Both the position numbers and the translations under genes were made by a program. A stretch of DNA of 63,980 bases, the filler included, from Diploschistes diacapsis (lineage: Eukaryota), in NCBI GenBank assembly GCA_023645945.1. It is 5 parts of 5 records of this genome, joined end to end, with 100 filler letters (N's around TTAATTAATTAA, not from the genome) between each part and the next. Parts side by side here need not be neighbours in the genome. Positions count along the whole stretch, not along the records: positions 25,781 to 38,547 come from JALAIB010000711.1; 4 more parts are not named here. One strand, written 5' to 3'. The notes under the pieces were generated by a model. The model had not been told where the DNA came from and made no database searches. It was given only the letters and a program-made list of their open reading frames with translations. Below, piece by piece: positions 26,567-38,647 of this stretch (positions within the stretch are counted from its first letter, which is position 1; every line of letters starts with the position of its first letter).

Positions 26567-26668
26567 GTAGTGTAATTAAGAACAGATTTAGCTTCGTACA
26601 AATATGGAAGCGCTCGATCTAGCGCAATTACATTATAATGTAGTGTTCCGTTTCGTGGTGAATCACGT
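26567..26668. mobile_element. Truncated, degenerate copy of the ACGT-ended MITE family
   Basis: Shares GATTTAG.TTCGTACAAAT, CTAGCG.AATTACATTATAATGT and a terminal GTGTTCCGTTTCGTGGTGAATCACGT-TA with the copies at 29291 and 53786. Confidence 0.75.
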
Positions 26669-27917
26669 TAACTGAATCATTTTGATTACAGGGCATACGG
26701 GGAAGTACATGCCAGTCCCATTGGCCAAATGCTCTGTACCTGCGCACTTCATGTTGTAGTAATCCACAACACCACAATCCTACCACTTCCCAAGTCCATG
26801 GGCCATGGGCACGGGCACCTTAGCTAGAGTAGGCACAGCTATCCTTGCGGCGTGTAATACAGGGATTGTGGCCACGTGCTCAGTAACCAGTCTACCACCC
26901 CCCTCGTGGTCAGTCCAACCTTATTCATTTTCTGACGCCCAAAAACCGATCTAAGCCGGTCCTCGTGCTTCTCATCAACTTCTCAACTGGAGTCCTTCAA
27001 ATTGTTCACGGGAAAGTTGATCACATGGCACGATGTTACATGCATCGCCACCTTCTCCTTTACTAAGCCCCGCCTATTCATCATCTTCCTTCAGCCCATC
27101 AGCCTATCTCCGAGCGCTCTCTAAAGGTAGGCTGGCAAGCTGTGGACGCTACCAGTACCAGGGGGGGGGTAAGGCAGCCGTTCCCGTTACACTTCTTTCG
27201 GTTTGGACAGAATACATATACTTGACTACTACATGTTCCCCGTGTCACTGCGAACCCTGTGACAACAACTGAACGAAATGATAATTCTTTCATATGGAGG
27301 CTCGCACCTGAGCTTCTTGGCCAGGTACGTAGGCCTTGTGGACGCCGACGCATTCCATTCACCGTGCCCGCCCGGTTCGCAGGCTCAGCACTTTGCTTTT
27401 TTCTTGAGAGACTTGTGCCACAATCCTTGATGAGACTTTCCATACACACGAGCCTGCGTTTCCCTGCTGCTGCTGCTGCTGCCTTGACATCCCTCAGCGA
27501 GTTTCAGATCCTAGTCAGACGCCTGAAAGAGCCCTCGGCCCTGGTTGAACATAAGATCCTGATGGTCATTGCCGCATGCGACATCACTCTCAGCTTGAGC
27601 AACCAATGAGCCTTTACGGTGGCGATTCTCGCCCACCCTCGAGTCCTCACAAGGCTAGAAGAATTCGTATAGTTGCGACTTGTCGACACCACTCGTTCGT
27701 ATCTGCTCTGTGTAGGCCGCTACCAACGCTCTTCTGCCTCCAGTACATGACTCTTCGGTTGACTGGGGTCATTGTTGGTCGCAACGGTATAATAATGCAA
27801 TACCTGCCCACCCGTAAGTGCGTTGATCTCGTGTTTCCTCAAATTTCCAATCTGCCAACCGTTTACTCGTGCGTGCTTTCACATCTCTCGAGTCCGTTGA
27901 CGTTGACGCTCTCAAAA

Positions 27918-28890
27918 ATGTACGAGCTCTCTTCCTTGCCGCCAGAGATCCTTCGAGAGGTTCTTTTGTACCTGCCCATTCCATCGCTTCTTCGATTCGG
28001 GGAAACCTCGAAACATCATCGCGCCCTACAGCAGGTATCTCTCTCAAAGCTTCGACTTGGCGTGTTTCCCACCCGCTTAGATGGGCTTTTATCGCTCATG
28101 GAGACGGTGGATGACGTGGACGATACCCACAGTGTGCAGAGGATTCTCGAAAAGCGAAGAACACGAAACAAAGACATGATTATGTTCAACCAGAACTTGG
28201 TCGTAGCTCGGATTCTGCACAAATACTCGGCGTCCTTACGCGACCTGGAGATCTCGCTCTGGGACCTCCAGCAGCCATCGGCAGAGGCGCTGGCAAAGCT
28301 GAAGGGACTTCGCCGGCTTTCAATCAGGCTAGACCATCCAACCTCAAGGTGTACAGATATGCATCATTCATTCTGGTGTCACTCTCCCGGCTCCACAGTC
28401 TGGAACCATCTGTACGCTAAAACCAGGGGAATGCCGGTCTTCGGCCGTCTGACCAGCATCAGCCTGGAGCGAGCTGGAATCACCGACTACCAGCTGCTTC
28501 GGTTGCTGGAAGCGAATCCGGACATCACCGAAATCAGGCTGCGCAAGTGCCTGACCTTATCGGACGAGTTCTTCCGTGGGTTGTCCCAGGGTAAGCTCGG
28601 CAAACAGGTTAGGATATTGCACTTCACCCAGTGTGAAAGCCCAAGGATAGACGGGCGAATACTCAAGTACATTGAAGCGATGACTTCCTTGGAGGTACGT
28701 CATATAGAATACAATCACAGGAATTCCATCGCTGACTCTATCTTAGTCATTGTCATTCTTTGCATGTTTTAACATCAGCAACACTCAAGTATGGGACCTA
28801 AATGAGAGCAAATGGCATATAAAAGACCTTGGCTTGCCATTCCCGGACAACTCCTCGTCAGTCGTCGAGATTGACCCAGCATACACTTAA
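27918..28890 (+). CDS. F-box protein with an LRR/RNI-like C-terminus; exons 27918-28694, 28747-28890
   Basis: F-box motif LSSLPPEILREVLLYLPIPSLLRFGETSK followed by LxxLxL repeats. A GTACGT...CTGAC...TAG intron extends the frame to EIDPAYT*. Confidence 0.85.
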
Positions 28891-29067
28891 TATCTTGATG
28901 CGTTTACCGACGGCGTTAGGATTCCAACGAGTCATGAGTTATCGTTAGCGGCCTTGGTAGTTTGTGAGCGAATCTAATCAATGTATTCCAGAGCAGCGAC
29001 TGCTACCGCTGGGGTTGTTTAGTATACAGTGCTTTGTTGAGTACATGGCCGTAGCGTGGCGAGCATT

Positions 29068-31937
29068 TTACGCAAGCCAAACACCAAGCTGCTCGACGCC
29101 CGACTTCTTCCTCAATCTCAACCTCGATCCTTGCGCACATCATGCCCTCTGCAACAGGACGCTAGCTTTTACGACCTTGTTCCTTGTATCTGTGAGGGCT
29201 TTGTGATCCACCGCGATCCCTTATTTGGAAGGACTTGCCTCTGTGGTGCCTCTCTTGAAGCGTTGAGTAATAGAGAGCACAAGATTATTAACGTGTTTCA
29301 CCACGAAACGGATCACCCCACGAAGCGGGTTACTAAATTATAATGTAATTGCGCTAGGTAGTTTTAAGCGAGCTTTTGAGCCCCACAACCACACATTAAA
29401 TTATTTGTACGAAACTAAATCTGTTTTCAACTACATTATACGAAGGTGCAGGGATTATGACCCGCTTCGTGGGGTGACCCGTTTCTTGGTTTCACGTTAA
29501 TGCCATAACCACAGAGTCGTGATCCTGGAAAGTCTGAATACTTCTCTGCGCGCCAAAAGCACGCGGCTGTTTTAGTTTGGCCTATTGTTCCGCGTCCATA
29601 CAAGTTTTCGGACTCGCCATAATATTCGGCCACAGTCAAGACGTGTTAAAAATTTCCTGTGGCGTAAAAATAATTTAACTTGAAGTTTCGATGAAGAAAG
29701 ACGCAATACTCGTCGACCAGTAGCCTAAATAATCTGCCAGCCGAGCAAGCCGCTGCTGATATTCGAGCATCAAAACCATGTTTCTATCCAATCAGCATCG
29801 CCCAACGCTCAAGCATTTGCCGATAACTCTTTAAATTGTTTAGGCGCGTACGTTCTAACCCCAGTGCTTCCCGGGGATGGATCCGTCTCTAGCTTCAGGT
29901 GAACTATTTCTACTACTAGATCCGACTAATCTATTAGAATGGCCCATACTACACTCGTTGATGATCGACCACAGCAGTGCTAAAGTTTTCTGCCGATGTC
30001 CCTCGACGATGTCCATTGCTGAGACCTGCATGATGAGAGTCGAGGACCACCTGGTGTTCTTTAAAGCATCTAATGCGAGTTGTACATTGTGTATCTTCCC
30101 AACTTTTCTAGTCAACGGGTACTTCAAGTTTCGCGACAATAATGTAGGGGAGCGAACCGTACAGGTCTGAGTATCAACACCTTCGGAGTGTTGCTGTTCA
30201 TGACCAGCTGGATAAAATTAGATTTCTACAAGCCGGGTTAGTCGAACCCCATTGCGGAGATCTACCGCCAAATTCTGGATCGCGTATTCGTACTCGGAAA
30301 TGTAGGGTTGAACGTAGCTTAAGTGGTAATCAAGCTGACTGAGTGATCTGCTGGGATCTGAGAAAGAGAATCGGAGTGGGGTATTGAGCTCTAAAAGCAT
30401 CGCCATTGATGATTTGAATCGCGAAGTTTTTTGGAAGATTGAGGTGCAAACATAACTCTAACAATATGCTGATCTATGAGAAAGAAGATCATCAAGCTTG
30501 TCAAAATGGTCCGCTGCCATGACCACAGAATCGACGTTGGCGTCGATGGGATTTCCTGTTCGCTTGTATCCGCGTTGTGTAATAAGTAGCGCTCAATGAA
30601 AAGCCTCAGGCTACTTTGAGGAACCGTTGAGTCGTCGAATGAGGTTCGCTGTCCTACAACGGTTTCAATGGCTGCACGTAAGACTGATTGCTTGTAGGTT
30701 TCCGTCCATGGCTGGACGAATCGACGACCTATGTCAACATTATTTAGGACCCTAGAAGCCTGGGCGTTTCCCTTGCAGCCTTGCGGCAGAGCAAGAGCCC
30801 CAAAATGCAGCGAAGCCTTCAATCTTTGGGACATCCGAAGAAGTCGCGTCCCTAGGTACAGAGTCATTAATTCGCGCCTCAATGCGCCGTAGTCCTCCGG
30901 AGATGTAGCCACTCGAGGGACATTCAACAGCTTGTTCAGGATCTCGGTCAGGGCAGCTTCTTGATCAAATAACCAAAAATCATTGAATATTCGTAGTTCA
31001 GCGAGGTTTTCAGACGTCAAAGCATGCATCTCTAACCCGACAGACTTCAAAGCAGCACTAGAGTCTACCGTATCAGCTGCTGATGTCGGTACAAAGCCAC
31101 GCATATATGGTGGACCTCCTGGACCAACGGATGAGTATCTGGCTTGGGCTTCTGCGTAACTCCAGCAGTGTGTTCCCCAGTGTGTTCCCAGTGTAAAGAT
31201 CGAAAGACCACTGGCTGTTTTTTTGACCCCAAGGCTTCACGGCAAACGCTTCGGGTACTATGCTGGGGTCTCAACGCCGGCTTCCCAGACAGAGGGATGT
31301 TCTCCTTTCCGGTAGGAAGACCGGGCTTATCCACCAAGAGGTTGGGTGCTTGCAGTGGTCGTAGAGTTGTATCTAGAGGAACCCGTCTGGTTCTTCTGAT
31401 CACGAAGAGGCTCCGAGCTTGGAGCTTGTCTTGGCCCGAGCATGTCAATGTCGATGTTTTGTTCTGATATTGCTGAGGCCTTGGATGTATGCTGCAAGCA
31501 GTAGTGTCGCTGGGAATACAAATCGTCCTGCGTCGCATCTCATTTTGTGCGCCTGTATTGTACTTTGACATTCCATGTTCACAAAAATTGGATAGCCTCG
31601 TGTTTGTGCTAACATACAATCGTGTTGGTTTGTGGAAGTCATTAACCAAACCGGCTGGACTGCCCTCTTTCTCATACGAACCCCACCGTTCGTACGATCG
31701 AGTAACAGATGGAGTGTCTTCCTCTATTGCATCCTCATTGTGAGTCACATTGTCTTCAAAAATCACAAACGGTTGATTTTTTTTAAGGTTATTTCCCTGT
31801 TGCTGTTTCAATGACTTTAATTGGTAGGCCGCCGCCCTTACGTTGGGCATAGGCAGTGCTTCAGCAACCCCAAAGAGTGGTGGACCCTTCCACACTGTCA
31901 TAGAAGATATGCCTGAACGCCCATTGCATGGTGACAT
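29068..31937 (-). pseudogene. ASPM/abnormal-spindle-like (fungal calmodulin-binding Sha1-type) CH/IQ protein pseudogene containing a MITE
   Basis: Colinear motifs RRRTICIPSDTT, TGKENIP, WLFDQEAALT, YEYAIQNLAVDLRNGVRLTRLVEI*, LKYP...KIHNVQLALDAL, DIVEGHRQKTLALLW, ID*SDL, LVDEY and an IQ-like LLQRA*. At least 3 frameshifts and several in-frame stops. Confidence 0.75.
29291..29497. mobile_element. 207-bp MITE with ACGT termini and TA flanks (pogo/Fot1-like)
   Basis: Imperfect TIRs ACGTG..../....CACGT with internal CCACGAA(A/G)CGG direct repeats. Interior is the reverse complement of the 53786 copy. Confidence 0.88.
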
Positions 31938-32311
31938 GCTTTTAAGGAGCAAAGTCGAAAGGATGATCGAAGTGTAAAAAGGAGCAGCAACCAACTTAAC
32001 ATTTGCAATGAAATATGTTTACGACATGTCGACAGCATTTTATCTTGCGGTTGTCCCGGCAACCCATCTTCCTTGTATTTTGATATCCGAGGTTTCCCCT
32101 GCCCGTTTCCCGCAGACTCACTAAGGGTTACACAGCGTTGAAAGTTACAGATGATGGACCGAGTTTCCATTATTTGGCTCGAAAGAGCGAAATATGCCAC
32201 TCGCACTATTAATAAAGAAGTATAACATAGCTTCATAGCATATGTCCCGTTCTATAACACGCAGGAACAACCACGCGAAACACGTCAAAGGAATTGCTGA
32301 CAAGAAAATAG

Positions 32312-35300
32312 TCACATTCGGCCAGATCGATGGCTGATGTCAAGACTTCCTGGCCCGAAATCCTGACAGCTCTCCATATCACCGAGGAGCTCCGCAAATA
32401 CCACTTCGACTCTTTGGACAACTGTACTTCTGTTCCAATTCCCGCGTGTTCGCCAAATTTCCGACATGAGCCCACTGTAAATTTGCTCAAGTTGCTCCAC
32501 GTTGCATGCTGTGGTGCCATTGACAAGCTGATCTAGGAAGGCTTGTGTGAGAGCACCATCGGTGGCAAGGGGAGGATGAGCCGGCTCATCGTTCAATAGC
32601 GAGCGAATAGCACTCGGCTGGTTGCGTGGGAAGGGAGGGACTGGAGGCTGCTGGACAGGCTGAGACAATGCCTGGGATTGAGAGCTACTTGGAATAGAAA
32701 CTTGTGACTGTGGAAGCTCTACAATAGTAATTAGAGCGTTCACCCTCAATATGGGGTATATCTTTACCTTGAGTATCTGGCAAATTTGGTGGGGGATGGT
32801 TGAGCAGCATAGATAACTCGGGACCTTCCTCGATACGATTGTTTGAGCCCTTTAGTTCCCCTTTACTAAGCCCAACTTGAGATCCGTTTCTGTCTCGGAT
32901 ACTAGGCGTGGCGAAAGGACCGGACGAGCCTGTCATGCGCTTATCCGACGACGTTGTTGATGCAGAGTTTTCGTACATGTTAGGATTAGACCCTTCAGCC
33001 ATTGGAGTAATGACCCCTTTCTGAGAAAGGCTTCCTGGAAAGGATACCCTTTGCTGTAGGGAAGTTGGTCCTCCAGTATGGAAGTGGAGAGGCCTTGTCT
33101 GAGCGGAGGGGCCAAAAGAGCTATGTTGAGTACCATGTGGTGTTGACGTTTCATCACTATTTGTCATGTGAGCATCCTCCATTTTCGATGGATTTGAGGT
33201 ACTGTTGCTATTGCCTGGGCGGCCTTGAAGGTCACTCAGATCGGATATACCGTTCGTTAGACTGCTTTGCTCAGAAGCGCGGTGTTGAACGCTGGTGTCG
33301 TTCGAAGCTCCATTCGTGTTAGACTTCTTGGGGCCATTAGCTATCAGTGCTGATCCCACAGCATCTACTACTCCCACAGCTTGCCCATGTGGTGCATTTT
33401 CTAATACCCTGCCCACGCTACGGGTCCCTTCCTTTTGACGAGCTATGTCCCGTTCGTAGAGCGCCTCGCATTCGGCAGCAAAGGCGGGAAAATCAAACTC
33501 GATGCCAGCTATATCTACCTCGACATTTGCTTGCAGCTCTTGTGCCTTCAGAAGGCGTTCTTGGTCGCCAAGTGTTCGGGAGTCTTTCGTTAGCTTTTTA
33601 ATGTCCGCTAAAAAGTCTTTGGGCCTCCTGTAATATCCATTTGCAAGACGCTTTTCGATGGTGACAATTTCTAAGTTATAAAAGAATTTGCCGGATGCAG
33701 ATTCACGCAGACCTGGCTCACCGTGTTCGTCCGCACTTTTCTCGTAAGGGCGGAACATCGCCTGCGCCCTTATATCATGTGGCAAGTCGGACGTGACTAT
33801 TGAGGGATCGTCTTCCTCAAAAAGATATCTAATGGCATTTTCATCAATAACCCCTGTCCGAAATTTCTTATATTTGAATTTGATCTGTTCCATAATCGGC
33901 TGGACGCGAACTTTCAACACGTTCAATGTGTGCCTATCCTTCTTCTTCTGAGCCTTTAGCTGATCCTTAGTAAAAGCTTCAGTCTGCTTTGCAAGAGGGA
34001 CTGGAGCCGGATCAAGCCTTTCAAGTGCCCTTCGCTTCCTATTGACGGGATCTGGGAACTCCTCTGGTGAGGTATCTAGATATTCAACCAAAGAGCTAAA
34101 AAATGCCCGTCGTGCATCGTGGCTCGGTTTCCGGAGAAAGAACTGGTTACGTTTTGAGATGGCAAAAAAGTCTCTGATCATATGCGGATCGACATCTCTC
34201 TCGTCGCTTTCTAATACACCGAGTAGCAGAACAGGATCGGACGGTGGCAATGATTGCAGCAAACCAATAAATGTCGAGATGACAATGGCACCGACTGTTC
34301 GGTACCAAGAATCAACGTTAGGAATATAAATGACACTCGGCTTGTGACGCTTGATCTCCGTGAAAAATTGCACTACTGCAGCCTCAGGCGATCTTGTCGA
34401 GTCGCTGAGTAGCGTTGGTAAGTCGAAGGACTGGACATGGAGCCCTTCAAAGTGATTTAAAAGAGCAGCGGCAACATACTGTTGGCCCATGCCAGAAGGC
34501 CCGCGGAGAAGGAGTCGTGGACGGAAGATTCGAGAGCGTTCAAATTCCTGCAACATTTTCTCGGTCTTAATACCACCATCTTTGGTGGCGTCTTCGAATT
34601 TAGCTTCTTCGAGTGCGGTGAGCAGCTTTCTCTGGGGCAAAACATCCCGAAGGAGTTGTTCGATTTCGAAAAGCTGTTGGGCTAAAAGGGGCTCGACACT
34701 TTTCGGTAGTGGCGAAGCTCCAGATGACGCCGAGCGTTCTGAGGACGGTACAATCTTCTTAACTGAGATCATGAAATCTTTTGCCGCAACGGTAATAGTT
34801 TCGGGATTTATCAAAAGCTTTTCGTTTGATGCGTAAATCTGCGGATATCGCCTTTGAACAGCATTCAGTGCAGCTTCGGTGCAGAGAGCTCGGAGGTCGG
34901 CACCGCCATATCCTTTCGTGATCTCTGACAGCTCATCTTTCAACGACTCGGGAACAGGAGGGCTCCAGTCTTTGGTATGGATTTCAAGGATCTTGCGCCT
35001 GGCTTCCTTATTTGGGAGGGGGAAGTAGAACTCCCGATCAAATCTACCAGGCCTTCGCAAGGCCGGGTCCACAGAATCCGGTCGATTCGTGGCTCCGATG
35101 ACGATGACCTGACCTCTGCCGTCCATGCCATCCATGAGGGCGAGTAAGGTGGAAACAATTGAAGCGTGTATTTGTTCTTGTTTACTTGACCGAACCGGAG
35201 CGAGACCTATTTAAATCAATCAGGTGTCATTGCTGCCAATAAAGAAGGGATCACCATACCGTCAACCTCGTCAAAGAAAATGATGCTCGGCTGATTTTTG

Positions 35301-37441
35301 CGAGCTTCTTCGAAAAGTAAACGTAGTTGACGCTCAGCCTCTCCCACCCATTTGCTTAGAGCATCTGCCCCTTTTCTCATGTAGAAGGTCACCTTCTTCC
35401 CAGCAGAACTCACGCTCGAAGCTAGCGCGCGGGCCAAAAGCGTTTTACCTGTCCCGGGAGGACCATGAAAGAGGACACCACGGGGAGGTGTTATGTGGAA
35501 TCTCTGGAACACTTCAGGGTACAGAAGGGGCAGAGCAACCATTTCCTTCAACTGGTCAATGTGGCCATCTAAACCACCTACACCATCAAAATTCACATTT
35601 GGATCAACACCTAACGGATCGGAGTCAGCCAACGCTTGCCTGTCTTTAATCTTTCCCAGACCCGTCTGCAGTGCGTCAGCACTATGGGTTTGAACAGCAG
35701 GAAAGCCGCCAAAGCCGGGAGGTGCTGCAGTCGTTGGTGTCATCCCTACAACACCACCCATGCCCGGTGCACGCTGTCGCCGCGTTGTCTCATCATCACT
35801 GCTATCAGAATCCACACCGCCTATGGCTCCTGCATTCCCTGGTCCCCCAAGTACTGGTGGTGGTCCACCTGCACCACCAAAAGGGCCTTCAATGGAGAAG
35901 AGATTCCTTTGCCAATTACCGCCGCCGCCGATGCCGCGACCTCTACGCGATGGTGTTGCGGCAGGCGGAGGGCCATCTTCTTCCAGATTTAGATTGAAGT
36001 CGGGGCGGAGGATTCGGTAGTCCACAGGTTTGCGTTTTCGAGTTTGTGGTCTATCATCAAAAGCGCCAGATGTCCTCGTAGGTCTTTTGCGCTTGTCCGA
36101 TTTCAACTCTTCGAGTTCCTCTAGTAGTTCATCCCCTTCGCTGTCGTGTTCTGCAGGAACTACAGCCCTTGTCCCAACTTTGATCCTTGTCGATCTTCGA
36201 GCATTTGTGCTACTGTCGTCACGCTCTTGACTTCCTTTTTGTGGTGATGTACCTGACTCTGATGAGGATGATATGTCTTCTTCTACGCCATCGTCTGCGG
36301 CAGGCTCAAAGTCGCTCGTATCATCAATACCCCGTTTTTTACTCCTGTGAACTCGCCTCGCGGAGCACGAATGGGCACCCGATCGTAGAGTTCTTCTTGG
36401 AGGGCGATCTGAGGGAATTTGAAGGTTGACGTCTTCCACATCTCTTTGACTCTTAATCTCCCCTCCAGCCTTGTTTCTCAAGCGCCGAGGCTTCAAGGCG
36501 ATGCCTTCGTCTTCCTCGTCATTTGATTCTGGCACGATGGCAGACTCCTCCACGTTGATATCTTGACCGTTCTGCTCCACCACCTCGACTCGGTGTGTGC
36601 TAGCAACTGTATCGTTATTCATAGATTCTATGTCTCCCTCCGCTTCCGCAGGCTCTTCTGCACTCGCAGCAACTTCCGTTTCAACTTCATAGGCCTTATC
36701 ATCCCGGTCAAGTACTTCCTTTGCGTGAGCCATAGACTCGTCCGAGGCTTCAAGAATAGCGCTAGGTGGCTTCTTTATTCCTTTGCTCCCTATCTGCACC
36801 CTGGTGGTAAATGGTTCGGGGCTTTTTGTTGGAGGCCTAGTAATCTCGACGTGATTGCCAGAGTTTGTCAGGGCAATCAGGCCGTCAGTATCATCGTGTG
36901 CGATACGGCTGCTCCGTCGAGTTGTTCTCAAGGGTTCAACAGCAGGAAACTGCTTCAAGCTGACGCTCCCGCTAGCCGCCCTTACTGATCGCCGGTAAGA
37001 GTTCCCAGGTAGCGCCGCTGTTTTGAGCTTAATTATCAGCGACTTTTTCGGTGACTGCTTAATCTTCTTCTTTAATGGCTTCTCATCGGTACCGCTAGAA
37101 TTCATATCGTTCATGAACTCGATGCTGTCTCCATCACTTTCTTCGTATTGCGGTCTTCTCTTTGTTGCCTTCCGCATTGGCCGACCCGTGCGAGGATCTA
37201 CTTCAGCTTCTTCAACCCCTTCTTCCTCGAAACTCACATCGCTAGCCGGCTCACTTTCAGTGATATCCTCTGACATGGAGTCTTCTTGAACGGTTCTTTT
37301 CCTCTTTCGCGGTGACTTGTTTTTATGCTGTCTTAACGACCGAGCAATTCGTGTTTGGGATACTGTTCCGTTGTAGTCTTCATCTTCTGGATCGGATCTG
37401 TTTGGATCAAAATCATCGAAGACGCGTTTTCGCGTAGGCAT
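32312..37441 (-). CDS. YTA7: Yta7/ATAD2 AAA+ ATPase with bromodomain-like region, 3 exons
   Basis: PPRGVLFHGPPGTGKT, MRKGADALSKWVGEAERQLRLLF, IIFFDEVDG, ALRRPGRFDREF, a second degenerate AAA domain (RPRLLLRG..GMGQQY), and IEKRLANGYY. Confidence 0.95.
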
Positions 37442-38547
37442 ATCGATCAAAAGGTCTTGACTTGGCGGCACGATTTGGCACTTTACTTATGCTGGCTGCG
37501 AAAGCAACCTTTATCAACCTTCATCAATACGCCTACAGTCGGAAAGATGTAGGTCGATTCCGACCAACGGCGATAGTCGTTGCGTGATCGCAGACTACTG
37601 TATGAGCGAGTCGTAACGCAACAAGAACCCAAAGACAGAGTACACTGCAGTACGCGAAACATTTGGTAAGCGGGCTGTACCACAGTATCTAGAATCGCCA
37701 AAATACTTCGTATTAACAGGCTAAATATTAGGTATCACCTCATGGATATATTACGCAAGGTCACATCTTAATCGTCCGTAATTTTCGTCTGACAGTCCCA
37801 AGCACAGAAAATTCGGCCCCAACCTCAGCCTCTTGGCATCGAATCCTCGAACGACCCCTTAGTGCTACCTATTAATCCTCCCTATTCCGTCACAAGGCAG
37901 GGATCCTTTACTATATATCTTTAGTGAGAGGACACGTTAAGCCTTTTTGATAGGGCAAAAGAACCCTGCTTGTGTGGGATAGTACAAATCTGTCTGCCCA
38001 GGAGAAATTTAGCACGCGCCCGAATCCAGAAGCCTCGCATCAGGTAGTCGGTCATAAAGTTGATTATTGGGCCCTTCGGAAGATTAACACAATTCAATGT
38101 GATTAGTGAACAGTAATCATTAACCAATTAAGATAAGAGATTCATATATAATTAACCGGGGACTAACGAGCTTTTATGCCCGCGGGATCTATTAAGCCCT
38201 ACAGTCTTACGCTATTCCCAATTTGGTCTAACGAGAACCCCAGTAGGTTCAGCTAAACTGAACCTGAACGTGATGTTCGGCTGAACTTCCCAGCCATGCC
38301 TTCAGCCTGTCTGCTCAACATGTAATATAAAAAAATATGACTTTTGTTTCAAAAAATGAAACAAAATCTTCTAATAATATTAACATCTTGAGTTCATTGT
38401 TTCAGGGGCTGAGCCTTATAGGGCCGATTTGAGATGTCAGAATACTAACCTAAATAGGTTAGTCAGATTGCTTATTAAGTTATTAGCATGTTTAAATATT
38501 CTAGAAGGTTCTAAAATATTCTAGAACATAATAGAATATCATCGAAG

Positions 38548-38647
38548 NNNNNNNNNNNNNNNNNNNNNNNNNNNNNNNNNNNNNNNNNNNNTTAATTAAT
38601 TAANNNNNNNNNNNNNNNNNNNNNNNNNNNNNNNNNNNNNNNNNNNN
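38548..38647. other. Artificial contig spacer N44-TTAATTAATTAA-N44
   Basis: Same linker as at 12793. Confidence 0.97.

Noticed and set aside
27576..27917. N-terminal 114 codons of the 398-aa ORF as part of the F-box protein
   Set aside because: The F-box begins right after the ATG at 27918, which has a good AAAAATG context. The upstream part looks like an open 5' UTR.
38200..38547. TA-CAGT start and AT-rich TTCTAGAA-containing sequence as another mariner-type element
   Set aside because: No partner TIR before the contig ends and no similarity to the 5463 TIR beyond CAGT.
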